DNA from: a virus
Lineage: Duplodnaviria; Caudoviricetes
IMG/VR virus record: IMGVR_UViG_3300044832_000059
Span: 1-55,819 of that record
Length of the DNA: 55,819 bases
Strand: one strand, 5' to 3'
The notes under the pieces were generated by a model that was given only the letters and a program-made list of their open reading frames with translations, was not told the origin of the DNA and did not search any database. How positions within the stretch are numbered: position 1 is the stretch's first letter; each line of letters begins with the position of its first letter. Position numbers and translations under genes: made by a program. This document shows, piece after piece, positions 39,033-47,023 of this stretch.

Positions 39033-39320
39033 CTACATACCACCATTAAATTTATAGAAACCTAAGGCTATTGCTACGATTGTTGAGATCAAAGAGAAGG
39101 TCGCAAGAATAATCTTCTGTACATCTATCCGAGGTTGTGCGGCATCCTGTACGATCTGTGCTGCCTGGAACTTCTCAAGGTCAATCAGTCTCTTATCCGT
39201 ATCTGACTTGTACTGATCGAACTTAATCGTGATATTCTGCAAGAGTCCTTTAACTTCTCCGAGCTGATACATAATAAGTTCTGTTGACGTTTGGGGATGA
39301 GTTGAGTCGAGTTCTGGCAT
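39033..39320 (-). CDS. Coiled-coil protein with C-terminal TM helix (XhlA/holin-like)
   Basis: QLGEVKG...RLIDLEK plus TM helix. Confidence 0.6.
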   Translation of the reverse strand: MPELDSTHPQTSTELIMYQLGEVKGLLQNITIKFDQYKSDTDKRLIDLEKFQAAQIVQDAAQPRIDVQKIILATFSLISTIVAIALGFYKFNGGM

Positions 39321-39321
39321 G

Positions 39322-39735
39322 TCAGTAGTATTTTTTGTTCTTAGTAAAGTCTAGTATAGCAAAACCATAGCCAAGCGTTAAGATGATTGTTGGTAATTGA
39401 TCTTGAAGGATAAACTGCCACGAACGAATTACCCCATCTGCATAGTGTTGCATAAAGATATAGTTAAGTGCTGAGCCTGTCGTGAGTAACAAAAAGAACT
39501 GTTGTGGCATAAAGAAAACAAACCGCCATCTTTTATAGGAAGGAAGTGTTAACCCGTACAGAGCAAGAAGGACTGAGAGAAACATAAGGATGCCACCGAA
39601 ATAGGGATATGGAAAGAGTTCATAGAAGATACCCATACGGGCAACGATTAACGGATAGGGATAACAGAGAATGAGTAAAGACGTGACAAGATCCATCATA
39701 GTGACAGACATAATAAGAATATTACCATTTTTCAT
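39322..39735 (-). CDS. Multi-pass membrane protein
   Basis: About four hydrophobic segments. Confidence 0.65.
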   Translation of the reverse strand: MKNGNILIMSVTMMDLVTSLLILCYPYPLIVARMGIFYELFPYPYFGGILMFLSVLLALYGLTLPSYKRWRFVFFMPQQFFLLLTTGSALNYIFMQHYADGVIRSWQFILQDQLPTIILTLGYGFAILDFTKNKKYY

Positions 39736-39802
39736 GCTGTCTATTGACTATAACACATTACGCTTATTGACTTCTTCATAAAAGTTGTTTTAGCATATCT
39801 TT

Positions 39803-40201
39803 ATGCAAGGATTAACAGTTGATAACTTTATTCAGTTTTGGAATGGCATTTATGGAGATTATGATGGATGGTATGGTCCTCAATGCTTTGACTTAGCAAA
39901 CTACTATTCCAGGTGGATTGGTGGACAACGATTTGCGGGTGGAACTGCTGATGCTATTTATCAGCAAACACAAAATGGATTTTATACACAGATTGCTAAT
40001 GAACCTCTTAATTATCCGATAAAAGGAGATATCGTTATCTTTAATTGGCCTCATGTTGGTATTGCAACAGGAAAGAACACTGACGTTAATCATCTTGAGC
40101 TGCTTGAAATGAATGACCCTAAAGGATCTAATTCGCACATAAAGTTTTATGATAATTATAATGGAGTAATTGGATGGTTAAGGCCAGTCCATTTACCTTA
40201 A
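39803..40201 (+). CDS. CHAP-domain endolysin/amidase
   Basis: DYDGWYGPQCFDLANYY (catalytic Cys), GDIVIF..PHVGI (His), EMN, GWLRP. Confidence 0.88.
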   Translation: MQGLTVDNFIQFWNGIYGDYDGWYGPQCFDLANYYSRWIGGQRFAGGTADAIYQQTQNGFYTQIANEPLNYPIKGDIVIFNWPHVGIATGKNTDVNHLELLEMNDPKGSNSHIKFYDNYNGVIGWLRPVHLP

Positions 40202-40205
40202 AATT

Positions 40206-40448
40206 ATGGGAATGACAGCAGATCAACAAATACAGACTCCTCCTACGCCACCTGTTACCAAGCAGGATAACGTTGGTGTTATTGAGTTTCTTTCAGGCAA
40301 AAAGACTTATACTGTTGCTTTTCTTATGGTTGTATATGCAGCGAGTGGATATCTTGTGCATCAATTAACACAGGATCAAGCAATGACGGTTGTCTTTAAT
40401 GCTCTTGCTGTCTCTGGTCTTCGCTCTGCGATAAATTCTCTGAAATAG
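40206..40448 (+). CDS. Putative holin
   Basis: LSGKKTY..A..., two TM segments, GLRSAI; follows the endolysin. Confidence 0.7.
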   Translation: MGMTADQQIQTPPTPPVTKQDNVGVIEFLSGKKTYTVAFLMVVYAASGYLVHQLTQDQAMTVVFNALAVSGLRSAINSLK

Positions 40449-41157
40449 CCCTCTTAAAATACTCCACATATTTACTTAATCCATAAGGACTAAGTGCTGG
40501 TGCAGTATTCACTTCACAAATAACTGCATGAGGAAGGGATATATCTGTTGGTTCACTCATAATGTCTACAGCTCCAAAATCAAGCTCTAGAGCTTTAATT
40601 GCCTTCTTTGCTAGTCGAATCACTTCAATGTCCCATTCATGCTGATACAGGTATCTGAATTTGAATCCCTTCTTATGATTCCAATTCTTTGCATGTAAAT
40701 CACCATTCTCTTTAATTGAAATTGCAATAAGCTTTCCTGAACCAATATGTACTCGATATTCTTTTGTTTTTGGGTAGTAAGGACTAAAATATTGTGCTCC
40801 TTTTCTTATTGCTCTTCTCACATCATAAATGTCATGACAGTAGAAGAACTTTCTTCCTCCCTTATGATGATCTGGTCGTGCGACGCAAGGGAACGTTTCA
40901 GGAGGAACAGAGAGAAGCTGAGGCGTTGGTAAGTCATTATTCATAAAGATACGTCTTGCGGTTTCTTTATTTGTTGCGTTTCTTACTGCTTGTGCTGAAT
41001 TGAGATAATTGCCTTGGGGTCCCGAAGTAGTTACTCCCCATCGTATAATTGTTGAAACAGGTGGCTTATAAGATGAATTGGGGTAGAAAAGAGAAAAGTC
41101 CAGCATTTCTGCTAGACTTTTGCTTGTCTTTGATTTAACACTAAAAATACCAATCAT
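40396..41157 (-). CDS. RimK-like ATP-grasp ligase (phage type)
   Basis: IIRWG, ATNK, EYRVHI, LDFGAVDI, EVNTAPAL. Confidence 0.9.
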   Translation of the reverse strand: MIGIFSVKSKTSKSLAEMLDFSLFYPNSSYKPPVSTIIRWGVTTSGPQGNYLNSAQAVRNATNKETARRIFMNNDLPTPQLLSVPPETFPCVARPDHHKGGRKFFYCHDIYDVRRAIRKGAQYFSPYYPKTKEYRVHIGSGKLIAISIKENGDLHAKNWNHKKGFKFRYLYQHEWDIEVIRLAKKAIKALELDFGAVDIMSEPTDISLPHAVICEVNTAPALSPYGLSKYVEYFKRAISENLSQSEDQRQQEH

Positions 41158-41171
41158 ATTCTCATATCCTT

Positions 41172-41417
41172 AACTGCCAAGACCTGCCTCGACAGAACTA
41201 AACACAACCCAACTTACCCTGACTGCCAATACACAACGGTACACAACACAACTCGCCACGACTGCCTGTACACTCCTTAACACTACCAGACTAACCCCGA
41301 CTGCCCTACCTGGACACAACACAACTCGCCACGACTGCCATGCATTGCCCCAACAGTCCCAGACCCTCCCTGACTGCCTTGCCATGACTAAACCCACCTT
41401 GACGGTCCTTGACTGCC
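41172..41417 (-). ncRNA. Pentamer-periodic array B (6 units); candidate guide RNA array
   Basis: Delimiters (GACTGCC on +) start at 41411, 41372, 41333, 41299, 41260, 41221 and 41172 (variant). Segments are 32, 32, 27, 32, 32 and 42 nt, e.g. aa GGA cc GTC aa GGT gg GTT ta GTC at GGC aa. Confidence 0.88.
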
Positions 41418-41423
41418 ACATAC

Positions 41424-41945
41424 TTATTTTTCTAGTTCAGATTCAATTTCTTTTAATTTCTCTTCGTTAATTATTCCATTTAATTCAGAAACCATTTTGT
41501 ATTTTTCCTGAGCATGTCTTATTTCACGAATAGCACTCCTTAATACAGCAGAATGTAATTTTTCATTGTTTAGTACTTGTTCGATAGGAAAGTATTTACG
41601 TACTTTCTTATCTTCCAAAGTAACTTGTACATTAAAGAATGCAGGTTTTTCTTTACCTTCTATGGTTACACGAACGCTATTGATGAGTAGACGAGCTTGC
41701 ATTAATCGGTATCGATCTCCAGCTCTCTTATCATCCCATTCAAAGATTCTATGAAGAGGAGATGTCTCTGATTTTGCTTCTTCGACAACATCTTGAGGTG
41801 TTAATTCTTCTCCATTTTTTGCAGCAAGAAGTTCTAAAGCCTTTTTATATTCTCCTCTTTTTGTGTTTTCTTTAATTTCAATGTAATCTTTTTTTGTTAA
41901 TGTTGATAGTAATCTATCATATCCTTGATATTTCATAATATTCAC
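41424..41945 (-). CDS. Accessory protein between arrays (LTP..VV..A....SPLH..FEWDD..A...YR..QAR.LI family)
   Basis: Recognisable phage motif; strong SD AAAGGGGGGTGA; arrays on both sides. Confidence 0.8.
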   Translation of the reverse strand: MNIMKYQGYDRLLSTLTKKDYIEIKENTKRGEYKKALELLAAKNGEELTPQDVVEEAKSETSPLHRIFEWDDKRAGDRYRLMQARLLINSVRVTIEGKEKPAFFNVQVTLEDKKVRKYFPIEQVLNNEKLHSAVLRSAIREIRHAQEKYKMVSELNGIINEEKLKEIESELEK

Positions 41946-41969
41946 CCCCCTTTACTAGAGTAGGACTTA

Positions 41970-42205
41970 CTTGCTGGTCCACACCTTGCCTTGACGCAAC
42001 TTGACGCAACTAGCCCAGACTGCCCTGACATACCCATCCACATCAAACCACTACATACCGAAACGGACCTTGCCTGGACTGCCATGCCCTACTGAGACAC
42101 AACCCAACTTGACATTCCCCGACTGCCACAACATGCCTTGACATAATTTGACTAGACTAACCCTGACTGCCAAGACCTGCCTCGCCCCAATTCACCATGA
42201 CTGCC
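41970..42205 (-). ncRNA. Pentamer-periodic array A (4 units plus tail); candidate guide RNA array
   Basis: Delimiters start at 42199, 42165, 42121, 42077 and 42018. Segments are 27, 37, 37 and 52 nt, then a tail tg GGC ta GTT gc GTC aa GTT gc GTC aa GGC aa GGT gt GGA. Confidence 0.88.
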
Positions 42206-42211
42206 AAGATA

Positions 42212-42250
42212 AGAAGAAGAGGTAATATGTAAAAGACTACCTCTTCTTCT
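42212..42250 (-). other. 13-bp perfect hairpin between the RAMP-like gene and array A
   Basis: AGAAGAAGAGGTA (42212-42224) / TACCTCTTCTTCT (42238-42250). Confidence 0.75.
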
Positions 42251-42258
42251 CGTTAAAA

Positions 42259-42864
42259 CTATTCATCAGTAGTTTCGATTTCGAACGTTCCATTATCGCC
42301 ATTTCGTTCTGGTCTCCATTCTCCAAGTCCTTGACTAAATCCTGCTCGTTGTAACAGATTAAGAACCTGTTCACTAGAGAGGATGTTGGCATCGAACTTA
42401 ATCATAAGTTCCATTGACCATCCTTCCACTTGTCCTCGGAAACGAATGTCGGCAGTTCCCATTCCTACAGTAACCATATCTTGTCTCATGGTTTTTTCCT
42501 TATAGGTAAGTGGAATGAATCCATCTTTATCTCCTTCGACAAAGAGTGCCCCACGAAGAATTGTCATTGGGACACCATTGATGAATCGTGCTGATCCGAC
42601 AATTGCTTGCTTAATATTTCGTGCTGGGAAAGCAATGTTTCCTTCTGAGTCGTAGTAGAAACTACTTTCGTATTCCTTTTCAGGATCACGAACCTCACGT
42701 CCTTTCTGAGCTTTTTTCATTTGCTTATCAAGGATCATTCTGATTGCTTTTTCGTCCCATTTATGAAAAATTAAGGGAGCAGTTCCGTTGATCTTAACTT
42801 TCATTAATTGAATGTTCATTGCGGGAATTGATAATCCCTGAACGTCTTTTTTTGCTATTGGCAT
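42259..42864 (-). CDS. Stand-alone RAMP/Cas7-like RNA-binding protein (candidate Vipr-type effector)
   Basis: N-terminal VKINGTAPLI strand, FPARNIKQAI (like Cas7 IPxxxxKGxxR), IRFR...WSMELMIKF, and C-terminal Gly loop AG...GLGEWRPERNGDNGTF; adjacent to the arrays. Confidence 0.78.
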   Translation of the reverse strand: MPIAKKDVQGLSIPAMNIQLMKVKINGTAPLIFHKWDEKAIRMILDKQMKKAQKGREVRDPEKEYESSFYYDSEGNIAFPARNIKQAIVGSARFINGVPMTILRGALFVEGDKDGFIPLTYKEKTMRQDMVTVGMGTADIRFRGQVEGWSMELMIKFDANILSSEQVLNLLQRAGFSQGLGEWRPERNGDNGTFEIETTDE

Positions 42865-42972
42865 AATATTGTTTCACCCCCTCTCAAATACTTAACTTGT
42901 TTCTGAAGAAGCGTTTCTGCCTAGAACGATGACAACTAGGCGGTAACTGTCTCATCTCCAGAGATAAATTAA

Positions 42973-43365
42973 CTATTTACAGTCCTCTTTATTTTCATCC
43001 AAGAGTTCTGTTGCCATTTCTCCAAATGTTTCTTTGTTTTTCATAAGGTATCGTGACAATACAGTATCTTTGCCTGTATCTGTTAAACTCAAATCTGCGT
43101 TTAACCAACCAACTTTAATCATTCTTTTATAGTCTTCATCAAGAAGACCTCGTGCAATATTAGTAATCTTCATTGGGTTTTTATGGCAATTGTCGGAAAC
43201 AAGTTCCCAGTAATTAGAACAACTGCATCCATGTTTGTTGACGATATTAGTCCTTAATTTTTCGATACAACATGAACACCTGACAAGTTCATATTCAAGT
43301 CCTTTTACTGCGTTAGAACAAGAAGATTTCATGCGAATTCTATCTCCTTCTTTAAATTTTGCCAT
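42973..43365 (-). CDS. Hypothetical protein (MAKFKEGDRIR SH3-like N-terminus)
   Basis: SD AAAGGAGGTGA; ORF track. Confidence 0.6.
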   Translation of the reverse strand: MAKFKEGDRIRMKSSCSNAVKGLEYELVRCSCCIEKLRTNIVNKHGCSCSNYWELVSDNCHKNPMKITNIARGLLDEDYKRMIKVGWLNADLSLTDTGKDTVLSRYLMKNKETFGEMATELLDENKEDCK

Positions 43366-43402
43366 ATATTATTCACCTCCTTTCATTTGTTTTTCCTATT
43401 TG

Positions 43403-43549
43403 TTATTTACTTGCACCAATTCTAAACATTTTGGTGTTGCAAGTAGGGCATGCCCCTTTGTGTGCAGGTTTTCCGTTTTTCATCGTTACTTCCTCCACGT
43501 CTTTTGCTTCTCTTTTTTCTCTGCATTTTAAACAATACATTTCTGTCAT
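43403..43549 (-). CDS. DUF5679-like zinc-ribbon protein (48 aa)
   Basis: MTEMYCLKCREKRE...VTMKNGKPAHKGACPTCNTKMFRIG; SD GGAGGTGA. Confidence 0.75.
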   Translation of the reverse strand: MTEMYCLKCREKREAKDVEEVTMKNGKPAHKGACPTCNTKMFRIGASK

Positions 43550-43555
43550 AATATC

Positions 43556-43729
43556 TCACCTCCCTTCAAGGTTTTGATCTCGATAGCTAGTAAGTGCCTC
43601 TGCTTTCTCCTGTTCTATTGTTGCAAACTCAATAATCTCATTATCACTCATATCAATGAACTGTTGCTCATTCCAATACCCCTCATTGATTCCTTCTTCA
43701 ATGTAATCTCTTGCTTCTGTAATACTCAT
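43556..43729 (-). CDS. Small acidic protein (57 aa)
   Basis: ATGA-coupled to the XRE gene; my translation. Confidence 0.5.
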   Translation of the reverse strand: MSITEARDYIEEGINEGYWNEQQFIDMSDNEIIEFATIEQEKAEALTSYRDQNLEGR

Positions 43730-44172
43730 TTTTCGTTCTCCTTATTCATAATTTCTTTAATGAATTCTTTTATCATAGATGGCTTAACTGGTTCAGATCC
43801 TCTAAATTGCCAATCATCTCCATCATATCCAGGTGCGTTATCAGGATGGTTTACTCGTGTAAATTTCTTATTAAATTGCTCTTCCCATGTTAATGGTGCT
43901 TTTTTAGAGCGAAGACCACTATTTCTCAGTACTGTAATAAGAATATTTTTCTGTTCTTCAGTAAATTTCGCACCAAGTTCCTCTAGTTTTTGTGTCATCT
44001 CTCTTGATGGGGAACTTTTTCCATTCTCCCATTGCCAAACCGCAGAGAACGTTAATCCCAGCTTATTTGCAAGGGCTTGAACTGTTATCCCTAGAGTGCC
44101 TCGCAATCGAACGATTTCATTTGCTATTTGTTTTTTGTATATAAAATACATTGATTCTTCTGATTGTTTCAT
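43726..44172 (-). CDS. XRE-family HTH transcriptional regulator
   Basis: LRGTLGITVQALANKLGLTFSAVWQWENGKSSP; probable start at MKQSEES. Confidence 0.85.
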   Translation of the reverse strand: MKQSEESMYFIYKKQIANEIVRLRGTLGITVQALANKLGLTFSAVWQWENGKSSPSREMTQKLEELGAKFTEEQKNILITVLRNSGLRSKKAPLTWEEQFNKKFTRVNHPDNAPGYDGDDWQFRGSEPVKPSMIKEFIKEIMNKENEK

Positions 44173-44223
44173 AATAATTAATTTGTAACTGTGGGGGTAA
44201 GGAGAGCTGCTCACCCCTCACAA

Positions 44224-44949
44224 TTAGTAAAACCTTATCTGGTTGGTTTTTAGGCCGTAATTGTAAATATCTTCAAGGTCACGAAGATATTCTTTTGTTG
44301 ATAATCGAGAACGCAGTCTCTCTCCTCGTTCAATAACTTTCTCTTGAAAAGTTTCTTTATCAACTTTACTCCATACCTTTTTGATTGCAGAGATGAAGTC
44401 TCGTGATCTCCATACCTGTCCTTCGGTATATGGTTTAAGTTTTGTCAAAGCTTGCGCTTCTTCATCAGCTTGTTTAAGAGATGTAACCTTAAACAATCCT
44501 GTTTTAAAGATGTATAATCGACCTCCTGACGAAATAGGAGACTCAGGTGATACGCCACTCAATAAGGAAACTGATACCGTTATCGGAAGATTATATTTAT
44601 CTAAGAAATCCTTAAGAATCATATATTCTTCGTTTTCTAGCTCAATATAACTGTCAAGATAATCTTGCAATGTCCATGGCTTTGTATTAACATTAAGACG
44701 ACGAACATCTTCAAGAGTTCCTTCTTCACGTTCAATGTAATAAAAGGGAACTTCAAGAATCTTTGCAGCTTCTAATCGATGTTGTCCATCAATAATTTTT
44801 CCGCTAGCTACGATAATGGGGTTTTCTTCAAGCATGTTTTTCTCCTGGATAGATTTAACCAAGTGACTGACATGACTTTTGTAGACCTTTCTGTTACCAA
44901 CAAAGGTATCAAATTGGTCGTAATTTGATGTTTTAACTATTGTATTCAT
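44224..44949 (-). CDS. ParB/Srx-like N-terminal domain protein
   Basis: GNR...HV..L..SI, NPIIV, IIDGQHRLEAAK, LN...KPW. Confidence 0.85.
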   Translation of the reverse strand: MNTIVKTSNYDQFDTFVGNRKVYKSHVSHLVKSIQEKNMLEENPIIVASGKIIDGQHRLEAAKILEVPFYYIEREEGTLEDVRRLNVNTKPWTLQDYLDSYIELENEEYMILKDFLDKYNLPITVSVSLLSGVSPESPISSGGRLYIFKTGLFKVTSLKQADEEAQALTKLKPYTEGQVWRSRDFISAIKKVWSKVDKETFQEKVIERGERLRSRLSTKEYLRDLEDIYNYGLKTNQIRFY

Positions 44950-44979
44950 TTATACTCACCTCCTCTCACACAAATATTT

Positions 44980-45141
44980 TTACTCAGTCTTTTTGTCCTG
45001 AGTCTTTAACGTTTTCAGCAATATGTTTCTAATATATTCTGATGTACTCGTGTTCTCCTCAAAAGAACTCATTCTAATTCTTTTATGTTCTTCGGGCAAT
45101 ACATAAATAGTAATTCTCTTCCAATCTAACGCTTTTGTCAT
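44980..45141 (-). CDS. Ribbon-helix-helix regulator (53 aa), probably leaderless
   Basis: WKRITIYVLPEEHKRIRMSSFEENTSTSEYIRNIL; ATG lies 7 nt after the -10 box. Confidence 0.7.
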   Translation of the reverse strand: MTKALDWKRITIYVLPEEHKRIRMSSFEENTSTSEYIRNILLKTLKTQDKKTE

Positions 45142-45148
45142 AATAGGT

Positions 45149-45177
45149 ATTATATCATAATATTAACATATTGTCAA
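45149..45177 (-). promoter_or_regulatory. Consensus sigma70 promoter driving the 45.1-40.4 kb leftward block
   Basis: TTGACA (45177-45172), N17, TATAAT (45154-45149), with an extended -10 TG. Confidence 0.85.
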
Positions 45178-45197
45178 TACTACATTATGATATGTGT

Positions 45198-45581
45198 TTA
45201 TACTCCTTTCTGTAAATATTTTTCAAGATACTTTCTTGCCTCTTCGAATCCTCGGGCAATATAAGCATCAGTCGTTTTTCCTTGTAGTTTAACGTTCCAC
45301 TCGATTTGTTCAGGACTTGTACTTGATCCCTTTATCCTTTTAAGTTCAATGAAGATAACTTTTTCTTTTGTAACGATAATATAGTCAGGAACACCTTTTC
45401 GTACTCCTTCTTGTTTGTTCTTTGTTTTTGTTCCCCAGTTCTTTGTAAACGTTTCATTAGGGATATGAGAGAACAATTCAACTTCACCTTTATTCTGGAA
45501 AAGAGTAAGATACTCTGTTAAGAGAACTGCCTCTTCATGTTCTGTTGGGGGAGGTAAAGATGTCACTTGTCCTTCTTCCAT
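45198..45581 (-). CDS. VRR-NUC domain nuclease
   Basis: GVRKGVPDYII...IFIELKR...SPEQIEW. Confidence 0.88.
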   Translation of the reverse strand: MEEGQVTSLPPPTEHEEAVLLTEYLTLFQNKGEVELFSHIPNETFTKNWGTKTKNKQEGVRKGVPDYIIVTKEKVIFIELKRIKGSSTSPEQIEWNVKLQGKTTDAYIARGFEEARKYLEKYLQKGV

Positions 45582-45979
45582 TTACGTAGTGTTTTATCAA
45601 TTTTATCTTCATATTTTACCCAATCAATATTTAATGCATTTGCAATGAGTGATTCGACATCATTAGCTTTCAGATGCTGATAATAGTAAGGAGCTTCTTC
45701 ATGCTCTCCTGGGTTAAGACAATGAGTATGCTCTTTATCAAACTTAGTTACCTCTTTATCAGTAATACCTTTTTCATAACAAAGATATTGCTCAACAAGT
45801 GCATGAATAAGAACAAGAAAGTTATATTTACGATTACCTGTGTCAGCAGTTTGTGTAAGGAAATGTATATAGTCACCAACAATCTTAGGGTCCTGCCAAT
45901 CATCAATGCTGCAATATCTGTGTTCCTCAATTTTATCAGTAGATAAGAAAAAGTTTATTTTACTTGGTTTACTTTTCAT
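45563..45979 (-). CDS. Conserved-looking hypothetical phage protein
   Basis: LIHALVEQYLC...GI...FD...PG...APY..QH..A; start at MKSKP. Confidence 0.6.
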   Translation of the reverse strand: MKSKPSKINFFLSTDKIEEHRYCSIDDWQDPKIVGDYIHFLTQTADTGNRKYNFLVLIHALVEQYLCYEKGITDKEVTKFDKEHTHCLNPGEHEEAPYYYQHLKANDVESLIANALNIDWVKYEDKIDKTLRKWKKDK

Positions 45980-45980
45980 A

Positions 45981-46292
45981 TTAATTACCTCTTCCCGTTT
46001 TAGGTGCTCCCGTTGGTGCAACCATTGTGTTGACGCTCGCTGTATGGTCATTACTCGTAGCTACCGTATCAGTGCTAGTGGGTGTTACCTCTATTGTCGG
46101 CATCAGTGTCGGTGTGCAAGAGGGAGTAGGGGTTGATTCGATAGGAGTTAAAGATTCTGTTGGTGTAGGAGTACAAGAAGCATCATCAGCACATGCTCTT
46201 CCTGAAAACACCATAATAAAAAGTATCGCAAAGAGAATGATAGATATTGTTAACAATGAATTAAAAATTAAATAGTACTTATGCTGCATCAT
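45981..46292 (-). CDS. Secreted/membrane Pro-Thr-rich protein ending in APKTG
   Basis: Signal/TM segment plus PT repeats. Confidence 0.6.
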   Translation of the reverse strand: MMQHKYYLIFNSLLTISIILFAILFIMVFSGRACADDASCTPTPTESLTPIESTPTPSCTPTLMPTIEVTPTSTDTVATSNDHTASVNTMVAPTGAPKTGRGN

Positions 46293-46485
46293 TTGGTGTA
46301 AATGGTTCCCCTCTCTTTAGATTTCTCATTGTAGTAAGATTGTATACTTTTGCGTCTGTCATATTGTAGATCGGTAATCCTTCTCCTTCAACTATCTCTT
46401 CTGCTGTTCTTATTATAATCTTTCCCAATAGTACTTCCTGTGGTACAATTTTTCTTTCATTCATTTCTTTGTTTCTATAGCCCAA
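46279..46485 (-). CDS. Hypothetical protein
   Basis: ORF track. Confidence 0.45.
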   Translation of the reverse strand: MGYRNKEMNERKIVPQEVLLGKIIIRTAEEIVEGEGLPIYNMTDAKVYNLTTMRNLKRGEPFTPNDAA

Positions 46486-46631
46486 AATAAGGCTATTCCC
46501 ATAGCATAAATCATTGATGTTGTTGAAGCAATATAAGGACTAAACATAGGAAAAAAGAAATATATAAGCAGTACTTCACCACCAAGTGTTAAAAGAAATA
46601 TACTGAGAAATATAAGTAAACGTATCATACG

Positions 46632-47021
46632 TTATTTACCTCCTTTAATCGTGTCAAAAATAAACGATATTGCATAATATTCAGGATTAAGGATGTGTTG
46701 TACGGAATCTGATAAAGCCACAACTCCAATTACTACTATCATTAAGAAGAAGAAGCCTCCAAAGATTCCTCCACATATCCATCCAAAACCATCATCCGAC
46801 TCATCCATATGTCGCTTTGCAAACTGATAGTACTGGAAGAAAGAAACAGCCGCAATAATACAAAAGAGAATAATTGCAACAATCGTCCCAATACCCGAAA
46901 CTACTTGTTGCCTTACTAATACCTCATAGACATGCGCTCCTGTCGATCCAAGAGTCTGTGAAGCCTTGTTGATAAAGTCTGACGATCTATCAAGTAATTG
47001 TTGCTGTATCTTTACATCCAT
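46632..47021 (-). CDS. Phage membrane protein (2 TM, NPEYYAI motif)
   Basis: HVYEVLVRQQ...TM...TM...LNPEYYAI. Confidence 0.7.
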   Translation of the reverse strand: MDVKIQQQLLDRSSDFINKASQTLGSTGAHVYEVLVRQQVVSGIGTIVAIILFCIIAAVSFFQYYQFAKRHMDESDDGFGWICGGIFGGFFFLMIVVIGVVALSDSVQHILNPEYYAISFIFDTIKGGK

Positions 47022-47023
47022 AT

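Noticed and set aside
41170-41421. 83-aa ORF MWQSRTVKV...
   Set aside because: It coincides exactly with array B. Its low-complexity V/W/R/S content and 5-nt (not 3-nt) periodicity indicate a by-product of the repeat.
41172-42205. CRISPR array interpretation of the GGCAGTC repeats
   Set aside because: The constant part is only 7 nt, the 'spacers' are themselves 5-nt periodic, and there are no cas1/cas2 or other cas genes.
43235-44080. + strand ORFs of 98, 72 and 168 aa (and similar antisense ORFs elsewhere)
   Set aside because: They are shadows of - strand genes that have clear motifs and SD sites.
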